DNA of 64,000 nt, taken from assembly GCA_031549565.1 (NCBI GenBank), contig JAVBPO010000054.1, positions 20,322 through 84,321 on the forward strand, in the 5' to 3' direction. Of the stretch, positions 27,636 through 35,389 are shown one piece after another. Below the pieces are notes generated by a model. The model saw only the letters and a program-made list of their open reading frames with translations, was not told the DNA's origin and made no database searches. The translations under genes and the position numbers were made by a program. Each line of letters begins with the position of its first letter. Position 1 is the stretch's first letter. This stretch comes from Thermoguttaceae bacterium. Lineage in GTDB: Bacteria > Planctomycetota > Planctomycetia > Pirellulales > Thermoguttaceae.

Positions 27636-28472
27636 ATGAAAACATCATTCACCTCACTCGCGTTGCTCTTGTGTTCGTTCACATTTTGTTTCGGAGCGGA
27701 AGCCGTGAAGACGGATCCGCCGAAACCGTTTCCCGGCGGTTCGGGCCGGTTTACGAAACTGGTCTGGTTCGACGAGTTCGACAAGGACGGCTTGCCCGAT
27801 TCGGAGAAATGGGGTTATGAAAAAGGTTACATTCGCAACAACGAGCTCCAGTATTACACGGTCGCCCGCAAGGAAAACGCCGAAGTGAAAAACGGCTGCC
27901 TGGTGATCACGGCTCGCAAGGACAATGCGGTCGTCGACGGCGAGAAACGGGAAATTACTTCCGCAAGCGTCATTTCCAAGGGAAAAGGGGACTGGAAGTA
28001 CGGTCGGATCGAAGTCCGCGCGAAGGTGCCACAGTGCTTGGGAACCTGGCCGGCGATCTGGATGCTTCCGACGAAAAGCAAGTACGGCGGTTGGCCCGAC
28101 GGCGGCGAAATCGACATCATGGAATACGTCGGCTACGATCCGGATCGGATCCACTTCAACCTGCACACCGGCAAATACAACCACACGAAGCAAACCGGTC
28201 GCGGAGATTCCGTCGTGTGCGAAAAACCGTACGAGGATTTTCACGTTTACGCCGTCGAATGGTCCCAGGAGCGGATCGATTGGTTTCTGGACGACAAAAA
28301 AACATTCAGCATCAAGAACGACGAACCCGGCCCGGAAGCGTGGCCGCTGGACCAGGAGTTTTACCTGATCCTGAACTTCGCTTTCGGCGGAGCCTGGGGC
28401 GCCCAAAAAGGCGTCGACCCTGACGCCCTCCCCCGCGAATTCCAAATCGATTACGTCCGCGTTTATCAGTGA
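27636..28472 (+). CDS. Secreted glycoside hydrolase family 16 (beta-1,3(4)-glucanase/laminarinase-like)
   Basis: Signal peptide 'LALLLCSFTFCFGAEA'. Catalytic ExDxxE motif 'GGEIDIMEYVG', plus 'WPAIWMLP' and 'LNFAFGGAWG'. Confidence 0.9.
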   Translation: MKTSFTSLALLLCSFTFCFGAEAVKTDPPKPFPGGSGRFTKLVWFDEFDKDGLPDSEKWGYEKGYIRNNELQYYTVARKENAEVKNGCLVITARKDNAVVDGEKREITSASVISKGKGDWKYGRIEVRAKVPQCLGTWPAIWMLPTKSKYGGWPDGGEIDIMEYVGYDPDRIHFNLHTGKYNHTKQTGRGDSVVCEKPYEDFHVYAVEWSQERIDWFLDDKKTFSIKNDEPGPEAWPLDQEFYLILNFAFGGAWGAQKGVDPDALPREFQIDYVRVYQ

Positions 28473-28476
28473 GTTG

Positions 28477-28567
28477 AGGAGTCAGGAGACAGGAGTCAGG
28501 AACCTCATTTCTCATTTGTTATTTGTTATTTGTTATTTAAAAACGCTCGCTTACGCTTCTCGCTCTG
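28477..28567. repeat. Composite heptamer element: CAGGAGN x3 -> ATTTNTN x5 -> conserved box
   Basis: GAGGAGT CAGGAGA CAGGAGT CAGG (28477-28500); AACCTC ATTTCTC ATTTGTT x3 ATTT (28501-28538); AAAAACGCTCGCTTACGCTTCTCGCTCTG (28539-28567). The pyrC ATG is at 28571. Confidence 0.9.
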
Positions 28568-28570
28568 TTT

Positions 28571-29839
28571 ATGCCCCTTTTTTTACGTAACGGTCGCCTC
28601 GTTGATCCCGGTCAGAAGATCGACCAAGTCATGAACCTACGCATCGCCGAGTCCCGGATTGTCGGGTACGACGAATGCCCTTCTGAAGAGGATCAGGTGC
28701 TCGATCTGGACGGGAAAATCGTTGCGCCCGGACTGATCGATCTGCACGTCCACCTCCGCGAGCCCGGCCAGGAAGGGGACGAAACCATTGAAACCGGTAC
28801 GGCAGCGGCGATCCACGGCGGATTCACTTCGATTTGCTGCTGCCCGAACACCACCCCGCCGCTCGATTCGCAGGCGACGATCGAATACGTTCGTCAAAAA
28901 GCGGTCCGGGCCGCGAAAGCGAACGTCTTCGTCCTCTGCTGCGTCAGTAAGGGCCGGGAAGGGAAGGAGTTGGCCGAACTCGGGCGTCTTTTCGAGGCCG
29001 GAGCGGTCGCCTGCACCGACGACGGTTCGCCGGTCGAGGACGCCGAACTGATGCGACGCGCGATGGAATACGCGATGATGTTCGACAAGCCGGTTTTCAA
29101 CCATGCCGAAACGACTTCGCTGACCAAAGGCGGCGTCATGCACGAAGGAAGCACGTCGCTCCAGCTCGGCCTGCGGGGGATGCCCGCCGCCGCGGAAGAC
29201 GTCATGGTGTCCCGTGACATCACACTCGCCGAAGCGACCGGCGGACGGCTGCACATCATGCACGTTTCGACGCTCGGCGCGGTCCAGGCGATCCGCCGGG
29301 CCAAGCAGCGCGGCGTCCGGGTCACGGCGGAAGTGACGCCGCATCACCTGACGCTCACCGACGAATCGCTCCGCTCGTTCGAGTCGAAATACAAAATGAA
29401 CCCGCCCTTAAGAAGTGCCGAAGACGTCGCGGCCTGCCTGGAAGGGCTGCTCGACGGAACGATTGACGCCATCGCGACCGATCACGCCCCGCACGCCCCG
29501 GAAAAAAAAATCCGCGAACTCGACCAGGCTCCGTTTGGCATCATCGGCTTGGAAACGGCGCTCCCGCTGATGATCACGCGGTTCGTCAAGACGGGAATCC
29601 TCGACTGGCCGCTGCTGATCGAACGGATGGCGACCGCCCCCGCGAGGATTCTCGGAATGCCGAACAAAGGAACGCTCCGCATCGGCGCCGACGCCGACGT
29701 GACGGTAATCGATCCCGAGCAACAGTGGACCGTGACCGAGGATTCGCTCCACTCGAAGAGCAAAAACTCTCCCTATCTCGGTTGGGAACTCGTCGGTCGT
29801 CCATCGACGGTCATCGTCGGTGGTGCCATCAAGAAATGA
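28571..29839 (+). CDS. pyrC: Dihydroorotase
   Basis: 'GLIDLHVHLREPG' metal-binding HxH, 'PPLR', 'IATDHAPH', 'DADVTVID'. Confidence 0.88.
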   Translation: MPLFLRNGRLVDPGQKIDQVMNLRIAESRIVGYDECPSEEDQVLDLDGKIVAPGLIDLHVHLREPGQEGDETIETGTAAAIHGGFTSICCCPNTTPPLDSQATIEYVRQKAVRAAKANVFVLCCVSKGREGKELAELGRLFEAGAVACTDDGSPVEDAELMRRAMEYAMMFDKPVFNHAETTSLTKGGVMHEGSTSLQLGLRGMPAAAEDVMVSRDITLAEATGGRLHIMHVSTLGAVQAIRRAKQRGVRVTAEVTPHHLTLTDESLRSFESKYKMNPPLRSAEDVAACLEGLLDGTIDAIATDHAPHAPEKKIRELDQAPFGIIGLETALPLMITRFVKTGILDWPLLIERMATAPARILGMPNKGTLRIGADADVTVIDPEQQWTVTEDSLHSKSKNSPYLGWELVGRPSTVIVGGAIKK

Positions 29840-31193
29840 AATTCGCGCCCCACTTCACCGCGTCTTCCCGACTGGTGAGCAGTCCGTCGAGCTGCGCTTC
29901 GTAAGCGGCTTTGAGCAGCGTTCCCATCTCCGGCCCCGGATTCATGCCGAGTGGTATCAAATCCCGTCCCAAAAGCAGCGGTGCGGGCGGGTTCTCCAGG
30001 ATCGCCAGCTTTTCCGCGACGTCCAGCCAGTGGATCACCCGCCCGTCGCGGTCTTTCAGCCCGCCGCAACCGCGACGATCGGCCAGGCAAAGATGCCCCC
30101 ACATCCGGATGTTCGTCGGCGCGAGCCGCACCGCCAACCGACGGACTAGCGGCTCCCCGGGCGTTTCGTCCGGTTTGACCTGTTGCGGTGCCATGTGTTC
30201 GAGAACGAGCGGCACCGTCCGGTCGATCACGTGGTGCGGTGCCTTCATTCGATGGAAAAACGTTTCCGTCAACGGTCCGGAAACCGCGGAGTGTTTCGGC
30301 GAAATCCAGCCGTACTCGTCGCTGAAGATCAACGTCGACGGCTTCCCGAAATCGTGACACAACGCCGCGAACATCAGCTCGACCCGTTCGTTTTCCGGCA
30401 GCGGCGTTTCCCTCGCGATCCGTTCCGCCTGGTCGCAGACCAGGAGCGTGTGATTCCACACGTCCCCTTCGGAATGCCAGGTTGAATTCTGTTTGCAGCC
30501 GATCGTCGCGGCGAGTTCCGGGAACTTTTCGACCCAACCGGTGTCACGGAGGAATTGCAGCCCCTTCGACGGAAACCGCCCTTTGGTCGCCCACTTGAAC
30601 CATTCGGTCCAAACCCGTTCGGCGGCAAGCGTCTCGAATTCCGGGAGCAACGAGCGGCACAACTCAAGCGTGCGAGGCTCCGCCTTGAAACCGAAACGGG
30701 CGGCGAACTGCATTCCCCGGAGTACCCGAAGCGGATCTTCGGCAAACGCGTCGGTCGTTGCCCGGAGTACGTTTTGGGCGAGATCGCTCTGTCCGTCGTA
30801 GGGATCGCACAGGGATCCGTCGAGCCGCATACCGATCGCGTTGACCGTGAAATCCCGGCGTCCGAACGCTTCCCGGGGCGTCAAGCTCGAATCGGTCTCC
30901 ACGTGAAACGCCGTGTGGCCGATCCCGGTTTTCGATTCCCGGCGCGGAATACTCACGTCGGTGTCATGCCCGACCTTCACGACGCCGAAACTCCGCCCGA
31001 CGACGTCGATCCGAAAATGCTCCCCGAGCGTCCGAGCAATTTCGTCGTAGTTCAGGCCGTAGACTTCGATATCGACGTCTTTCGAATCGATCCCGAGCAG
31101 CAAATCCCGGACATACCCGCCGACGAACAAACACTCCTTCGCCCCGGCCTGGAGCAAAAGATCGATGATACGGCGGGATTTTTTGGGAAACAT
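29829..31193 (-). CDS. cca: CCA-adding tRNA nucleotidyltransferase with HD domain
   Basis: 'FVGGYVRDLLLGIDSKDVDIEV', 'RRDFTVNA', HD motif 'ALCHDFGK'. 3' end overlaps the pyrC 3' end by 11 nt (convergent). Confidence 0.85.
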   Translation of the reverse strand: MFPKKSRRIIDLLLQAGAKECLFVGGYVRDLLLGIDSKDVDIEVYGLNYDEIARTLGEHFRIDVVGRSFGVVKVGHDTDVSIPRRESKTGIGHTAFHVETDSSLTPREAFGRRDFTVNAIGMRLDGSLCDPYDGQSDLAQNVLRATTDAFAEDPLRVLRGMQFAARFGFKAEPRTLELCRSLLPEFETLAAERVWTEWFKWATKGRFPSKGLQFLRDTGWVEKFPELAATIGCKQNSTWHSEGDVWNHTLLVCDQAERIARETPLPENERVELMFAALCHDFGKPSTLIFSDEYGWISPKHSAVSGPLTETFFHRMKAPHHVIDRTVPLVLEHMAPQQVKPDETPGEPLVRRLAVRLAPTNIRMWGHLCLADRRGCGGLKDRDGRVIHWLDVAEKLAILENPPAPLLLGRDLIPLGMNPGPEMGTLLKAAYEAQLDGLLTSREDAVKWGANFIS

Positions 31194-31424
31194 AAGAAAT
31201 AAGAAATAAGAAATAAGAAATGTGAAATAAGAAATGTGAAATAAGAAATGTGAAATGTGAAATGTGAAATGTGAAATGTGAAATGTGAAATGTGAAATGT
31301 GAAATGTGAAATGTGAAATGTGAAATGTGAAATGAGTGAAACTCGCACAACTTCCGTGTGAACTATAACGATACGGTATTTCCTATTTCTTATTTCATTA
31401 CTCTCGCTTACGCTTCCTGCTCTG
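31194..31424. repeat. Longest array: 20 units of AAGAAAT/GTGAAAT, a 44-nt unique core, inverted partner ATTTCCT ATTTCTT ATTTCAT, then a box variant
   Basis: Exact 7-nt phasing from 31194 to 31333, starting immediately after the cca start codon (CAT 31191-31193). Partner at 31378-31398. Box ACTCTCGCTTACGCTTCCTGCTCTG at 31400-31424. Confidence 0.92.
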
Positions 31425-31429
31425 AATTT

Positions 31430-31996
31430 TTACGTTGCCGACGGGGTGAAATCGCATTTGTCGGTGACCAGCCATTTATTGTTCTTTTTTTTCAGTTCGA
31501 CGTTGAAATGTACGCGAACCAGGTCGTTGCCGTCCCCGAAGCCGGGCAGCAGTGCCGCCCCGCCGGATTTGAACCTGAAATACACAACCGCCGTGAATTT
31601 GACCTGCGCGGTCGGGGGGGATGTCATGTGGTTCGACTCGACTTTCAAATTGAAGAACCTCGCACTGGTCACGCGGACGAGATTCATTTGTTGTTCCGCT
31701 TTCACGAGCGTGCTGGTCGCCGAGGGATGGATAAAAGTCTTCACTTGGGCAAGGTCGTCTCTTTCAATCGCGTCGGCCAGTTGTGTCAGCATCTTCGAGA
31801 TCGATTTGTAATCCGTTTCGACGCAGTAAACGCAAAACACGCCGACCCCGAGGACGACGACCGCCCCGATCAGACAGCCGAGCAGCGTCTTGCGGTTTTG
31901 CGTCCCCATGTACGCCGCCCCGCCGAACGCCGCGATCAAAAGGGACAGCCCGAGCCAGATCCAAAGACTTTCCAGGAATATCGACATGGTTTTCAA
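31430..31996 (-). CDS. Membrane-anchored hypothetical protein
   Basis: 188-aa ORF with two N-terminal TM helices followed by a soluble ~120-aa domain. No motif recognised. Confidence 0.6.
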   Translation of the reverse strand: MKTMSIFLESLWIWLGLSLLIAAFGGAAYMGTQNRKTLLGCLIGAVVVLGVGVFCVYCVETDYKSISKMLTQLADAIERDDLAQVKTFIHPSATSTLVKAEQQMNLVRVTSARFFNLKVESNHMTSPPTAQVKFTAVVYFRFKSGGAALLPGFGDGNDLVRVHFNVELKKKNNKWLVTDKCDFTPSAT

Positions 31997-32109
31997 AAGT
32001 GAGCGTGGACGAAATTCAGGAGTACAACTTGCGAATTATACCGGAATCCGGCCCGAATTCCATCGTATCCCCCGTCCGGACAATTTCAAAATTTTCTCAA
32101 AAAATTCTC

Positions 32110-32159
32110 TTGACATTTCACGACAAGTGTCGTAATATACATTTAACGACACGTGTCGT
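32110..32159 (+). promoter_or_regulatory. Sigma-70-type promoter with two palindromic operators upstream of the BlaI/BlaR1-like operon
   Basis: TTGACA (32110-32115), 17-nt spacer, TAATAT (32133-32138). Operator 1 ACGACAAGTGTCGT (32120-32133) overlaps the spacer and the first base of the -10. Operator 2 is the perfect palindrome ACGACACGTGTCGT (32146-32159). Confidence 0.6.
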
Positions 32160-32192
32160 AATTATCCTTGCGATGAAAAACTTGAAATTCCG

Positions 32193-32573
32193 ATGAAAAA
32201 AACACCGAAACGATTATCTCCCGGTGAACTGGAAATCATGCAGATTCTTTGGACCAACGGACCGGTTTCGTTGGGAGAAGCACAGGTCGCGATCGGTCGC
32301 CGGATCGGGTACACGACGATCCAAACGCGGCTCAATCGGCTCGTCGAGAAAGGTTTGGTCGCCCGATCGCCGGAACGACCGATGAAGTTCAGCGCGTTGC
32401 TCGAACCGGAAGAAGCGTCCAAGCCGCACTTGGATATGCTCCTGGACCGGATTGCCGGGGGGAGCGTCGTACCACTCGTCGCCGGGTTGGTCCGCAATCG
32501 CAAACTCAACCGGGACGAAATCGCGTCCCTGAAAGCTCTCGTCCGGGAACTGGAAAGTCGAGGTGAAAAGTGA
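32193..32573 (+). CDS. BlaI/MecI/CopY-family winged-helix transcriptional repressor
   Basis: 'LSPGELEIMQILWTNGPVSLGEAQ...GYTTIQTRLNRLVEKGLV' is typical of the penicillinase-repressor family. Stop overlaps the next gene's GTG start (GTGA). Confidence 0.85.
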   Translation: MKKTPKRLSPGELEIMQILWTNGPVSLGEAQVAIGRRIGYTTIQTRLNRLVEKGLVARSPERPMKFSALLEPEEASKPHLDMLLDRIAGGSVVPLVAGLVRNRKLNRDEIASLKALVRELESRGEK

Positions 32574-34936
32574 GCGTTTTTCTCTGTGAACACCTGGTTT
32601 CCTCGACGGTTCTTTTGACCGTCTTTGCAACCGTTGCGGGAATCACACTTTACGTCGGAAAAGTCCGCTCGCCGAAAATTCAACGGCTGGTCTGGTCGGC
32701 CGTGCTGCTTTCCGGAGTGTTGTGGTTCCACGTCCCGATTTCCTTGCCGGTGTTACCCAAAATCCCCGCACCGGTTTTGGTCGAGGAGCCGCCTTTGGAT
32801 ATCGTTCACACTCCCTCAGGCGTAACGCCGATTCCGGAACCCATGTTTACCGAAGACGTTACACCGACGTTTACCGCACCGGAAACGGTAAAAGCCGAAC
32901 CGCCGCAATGGACCGTCGTTCCAGAACCAGCGCCGATTACGGAAGTGAAAACGCCGGTTTCCTGGAGTACGATTTTCGTCGCGGTTTGGCTGCTCGGGAT
33001 CGTCGTGCTGATCTTGCGCAGCGTCGCCGGATATATCGTGATTTTGCGGCTCGTGAACAACGCGATTCCGGCGTCCGGGGAAGATGAAGCGTTGTGGCGT
33101 CAAGTTTTGCGTTACGAAAATCTTCCCTCAGACAAGATTCCGCTTTTGCTCACGGAGAATCTCGGTCCGGCCTTGATCCGGTTGCCTCGCAAGTGTGCCG
33201 TGGTGCTGCCGGAGGAATCGTGGGAACTCCTCACGCTTGACGCCAAACGTTGCGTTTTAAAACACGAGCTTGCCCATTACCGGCGCAACGATATCTTCAA
33301 GTCGGGAGTGATGCGGTTGCTCGCTTTGGTCCATTGGTTTAATCCGTTCGCGTGGTTTGCACGCTACAAATTCGAGGACGCCGCGGAACGGGCCTGCGAT
33401 TTTTACGCGCACGGTGCTTCGGAATCCGACGTTCGGATTTACGCCGAAGCGCTCCTTGCGATTCACGATCAGGCCGCGACGCAAACGGCGGCGTATCGTC
33501 TCGTACTCGGCCGTGGCGTCGGGGAGCGTAATATTTCCGAACGAGTTCGCTCTCTTCTTCACTTTCAAACTTTGGAGGATTCCATGTTTAAGAAAACACT
33601 TATCATTTCACTCGTGTGCGTTGCCGTCGTTTTGGGAGCCGTTCGATTCCGGCTCGTCGCGCAACAGGAGCCTGCCGACCCGCAACAGGCGGCGTCACAG
33701 CCGGAAGAAAAACCGAATCCGAACCTGCGGTACGACGGTAAAACGTTCGCGCAGTGGAAAGATTATCTCGCCAACGAGCTGAAACCGGAACGTCGCGTCG
33801 ACGGGCTGTGCGCCGTGGCCGCATTCGCCAACAAAGGGTACGGAAAAGAAGCCGCCGAGTACGCCGTCGAACTGATGAACGAACGGAACGTCGAATTTCC
33901 GCCGGTTATTTTTTACGATGCGAAGCGTTTCGATTCGATGCTGTTCGTCGCCATGACGACATTTTCAGCGACGGATGAAATGAGAATCATGCTCCCCCAT
34001 GAAATTCCGTTTCAATGGACCATACCGATTCTGATGAAAAAATACGAAAACGGTACGGAGCACGAAAAGCGAAACGCCCGGAATATGATTCTCGCGATCC
34101 TCTATTTCATGAATGAGAAACCGACCCCGCCGATCGAAGTCCTCAAACCGTGCGCGCAGGTTCTCAGGGATATTTACCGTGATCCGGCGCTGAGAAAAGA
34201 GTACGCCATGCCGAACGCCTGCGTGATGCCGTTGATCGATGAACTCCCGGAATTGATCGAACCGCTGAAGAAAATGGCGCTCGGCGAAGAAACGGACCAA
34301 GACCCGAGTGTCAATCGAAACGTTTACAATAACGCGTTTTCCACCCCGATGATCGCATTTCACATCTTATGCAAAGCGGGAAAAAATCAGCAGTACGCTC
34401 TGGAAGTGCTGCCCAAACTCGCGGAAGGTCTGTTGTCGGATGATGATGCCAAACGGGTGAATTCCATGAAAATGATCCATTATCTTTACCTGATCCGCAG
34501 AGATCCGAAAGGTTTCCCTTGGGATGGAGTATACTGGGACGGTATGTGGGGCGAACGCAGTACTTCTTTTTACGAGGTCGCGAGTTTTGCCGCACTCTAT
34601 TACGACGACGAAACAGGTGAGATTTTTCAATCGATTCTTGAAGAAGCGGCGAAAAAACAGCGAGTAGACGAATTTGCCCAAATGAAAGTTGCCTTTCAAC
34701 AAACGGTCCGGCACTCGCACCAAGGGGCAAAAGACGCATTACCGACGAGCCCCAAAGAACGGCGCATCGACGAAGCTTTCGCGAAAGCGCTCGCGTCGAT
34801 GTCGGAGGAAAACAGGAATGCCGTGCAAAAAAAATGCGCCGAAATCCCCGGACAACTGATCCATCATCTTAAAGGGGACGGAGCGAGTTACATCGTGCCA
34901 GGCACCGGGAGGGGCATGGGCGGGGGAATGCGGTAA
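32570..34936 (+). CDS. BlaR1-like M56 metallopeptidase signal transducer with ~450-aa non-PBP, helical-repeat C-terminal domain
   Basis: N-terminal TM helices, 'HELAHYRRNDI' (HExxH), a further TM 'LIISLVCVAVVLGAV', then a Pro/Gln linker and an alpha-helical region. No SxxK penicillin-binding motif. Confidence 0.8.
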   Translation: MSVFLCEHLVSSTVLLTVFATVAGITLYVGKVRSPKIQRLVWSAVLLSGVLWFHVPISLPVLPKIPAPVLVEEPPLDIVHTPSGVTPIPEPMFTEDVTPTFTAPETVKAEPPQWTVVPEPAPITEVKTPVSWSTIFVAVWLLGIVVLILRSVAGYIVILRLVNNAIPASGEDEALWRQVLRYENLPSDKIPLLLTENLGPALIRLPRKCAVVLPEESWELLTLDAKRCVLKHELAHYRRNDIFKSGVMRLLALVHWFNPFAWFARYKFEDAAERACDFYAHGASESDVRIYAEALLAIHDQAATQTAAYRLVLGRGVGERNISERVRSLLHFQTLEDSMFKKTLIISLVCVAVVLGAVRFRLVAQQEPADPQQAASQPEEKPNPNLRYDGKTFAQWKDYLANELKPERRVDGLCAVAAFANKGYGKEAAEYAVELMNERNVEFPPVIFYDAKRFDSMLFVAMTTFSATDEMRIMLPHEIPFQWTIPILMKKYENGTEHEKRNARNMILAILYFMNEKPTPPIEVLKPCAQVLRDIYRDPALRKEYAMPNACVMPLIDELPELIEPLKKMALGEETDQDPSVNRNVYNNAFSTPMIAFHILCKAGKNQQYALEVLPKLAEGLLSDDDAKRVNSMKMIHYLYLIRRDPKGFPWDGVYWDGMWGERSTSFYEVASFAALYYDDETGEIFQSILEEAAKKQRVDEFAQMKVAFQQTVRHSHQGAKDALPTSPKERRIDEAFAKALASMSEENRNAVQKKCAEIPGQLIHHLKGDGASYIVPGTGRGMGGGMR

Positions 34937-35021
34937 AGCGGCGTAGCGGTTTCGCAGTACCACATGTCTCACACGGAGGGTGTTAAGAATGTAATCCTTT
35001 CCGTGCATCTGTGCACCCAAC

Positions 35022-35072
35022 AAAAAACCGCGTAAGCATTGGCATTTCAATGACTTACGCGGTTTAATTTTT
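35022..35072. terminator. Bidirectional intrinsic terminator (BlaR1-like gene on +, tRNA-Glu on -)
   Basis: Perfect 12-bp stem AAACCGCGTAAG (35025-35036) / CTTACGCGGTTT (35054-35065). Flanked by an A-run upstream and a T-run downstream. Confidence 0.7.
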
Positions 35073-35079
35073 GAAAAAC

Positions 35080-35151
35080 TGACCCCGACGGGAATCGAAC
35101 CCGTGCCGCGGCCTTGAAAGGGCCGTGTCCTAACCGCTAGACGACGGGGCC
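35080..35151 (-). tRNA. tRNA-Glu (anticodon UUC)
   Basis: Folded by hand. Acceptor GGCCCCG/CGGGGTC, D-stem GTCT/GGAC with AGCGGTTA loop, anticodon stem CGGCC/GGCCG with loop CT-TTC-AA. T-arm ACGGG-TTCGATT-CCCGT, discriminator A, no encoded CCA. Confidence 0.93.
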
Positions 35152-35193
35152 ATCAACTGTCTGTCGCGAACGACAGGACAATCAAGAGTGTGC

Positions 35194-35221
35194 ATTATCT
35201 CCAAAACGGCCTCAACGTCAA
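35194..35221 (-). promoter_or_regulatory. Candidate sigma-70 promoter for tRNA-Glu
   Basis: On the minus strand: TTGACG (35216-35221), 16 nt, GATAAT (35194-35199), ~42 nt upstream of the tRNA 5' end. The leader contains the hairpin CTGTCG-TTCG-CGACAG (35161-35176). Confidence 0.5.
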
Positions 35222-35389
35222 GGGGCAAGAGAACTGCAAAGTTGAAACATCAGGAAAATATTACAACATCAACTTTTGAGTTTTTGCGCTCGATTTTTGC
35301 GGTTGTTTGATATGGCTCTTGAATTCGATTTCGAGACTTCTTAGAATGATGCTTTCACTTTTCCCGTTCCTCGATTTCACGAACTTGCC

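Noticed and set aside
31194-31333. Whether the regular repeat arrays (also 8943-9033 and 46416-46460) could be CRISPR arrays.
   Set aside because: The period is 7 nt with no spacers. CRISPR repeats are ~24-48 nt and separated by unique spacers of similar length. No cas genes are in the window.
35080-35389. tRNA-Glu as an integration hotspot for a genomic island or prophage.
   Set aside because: No integrase is present, there is no direct repeat of the tRNA 3' end nearby, and the flanking genes (BlaR1-like gene, permease, pheS) are ordinary.
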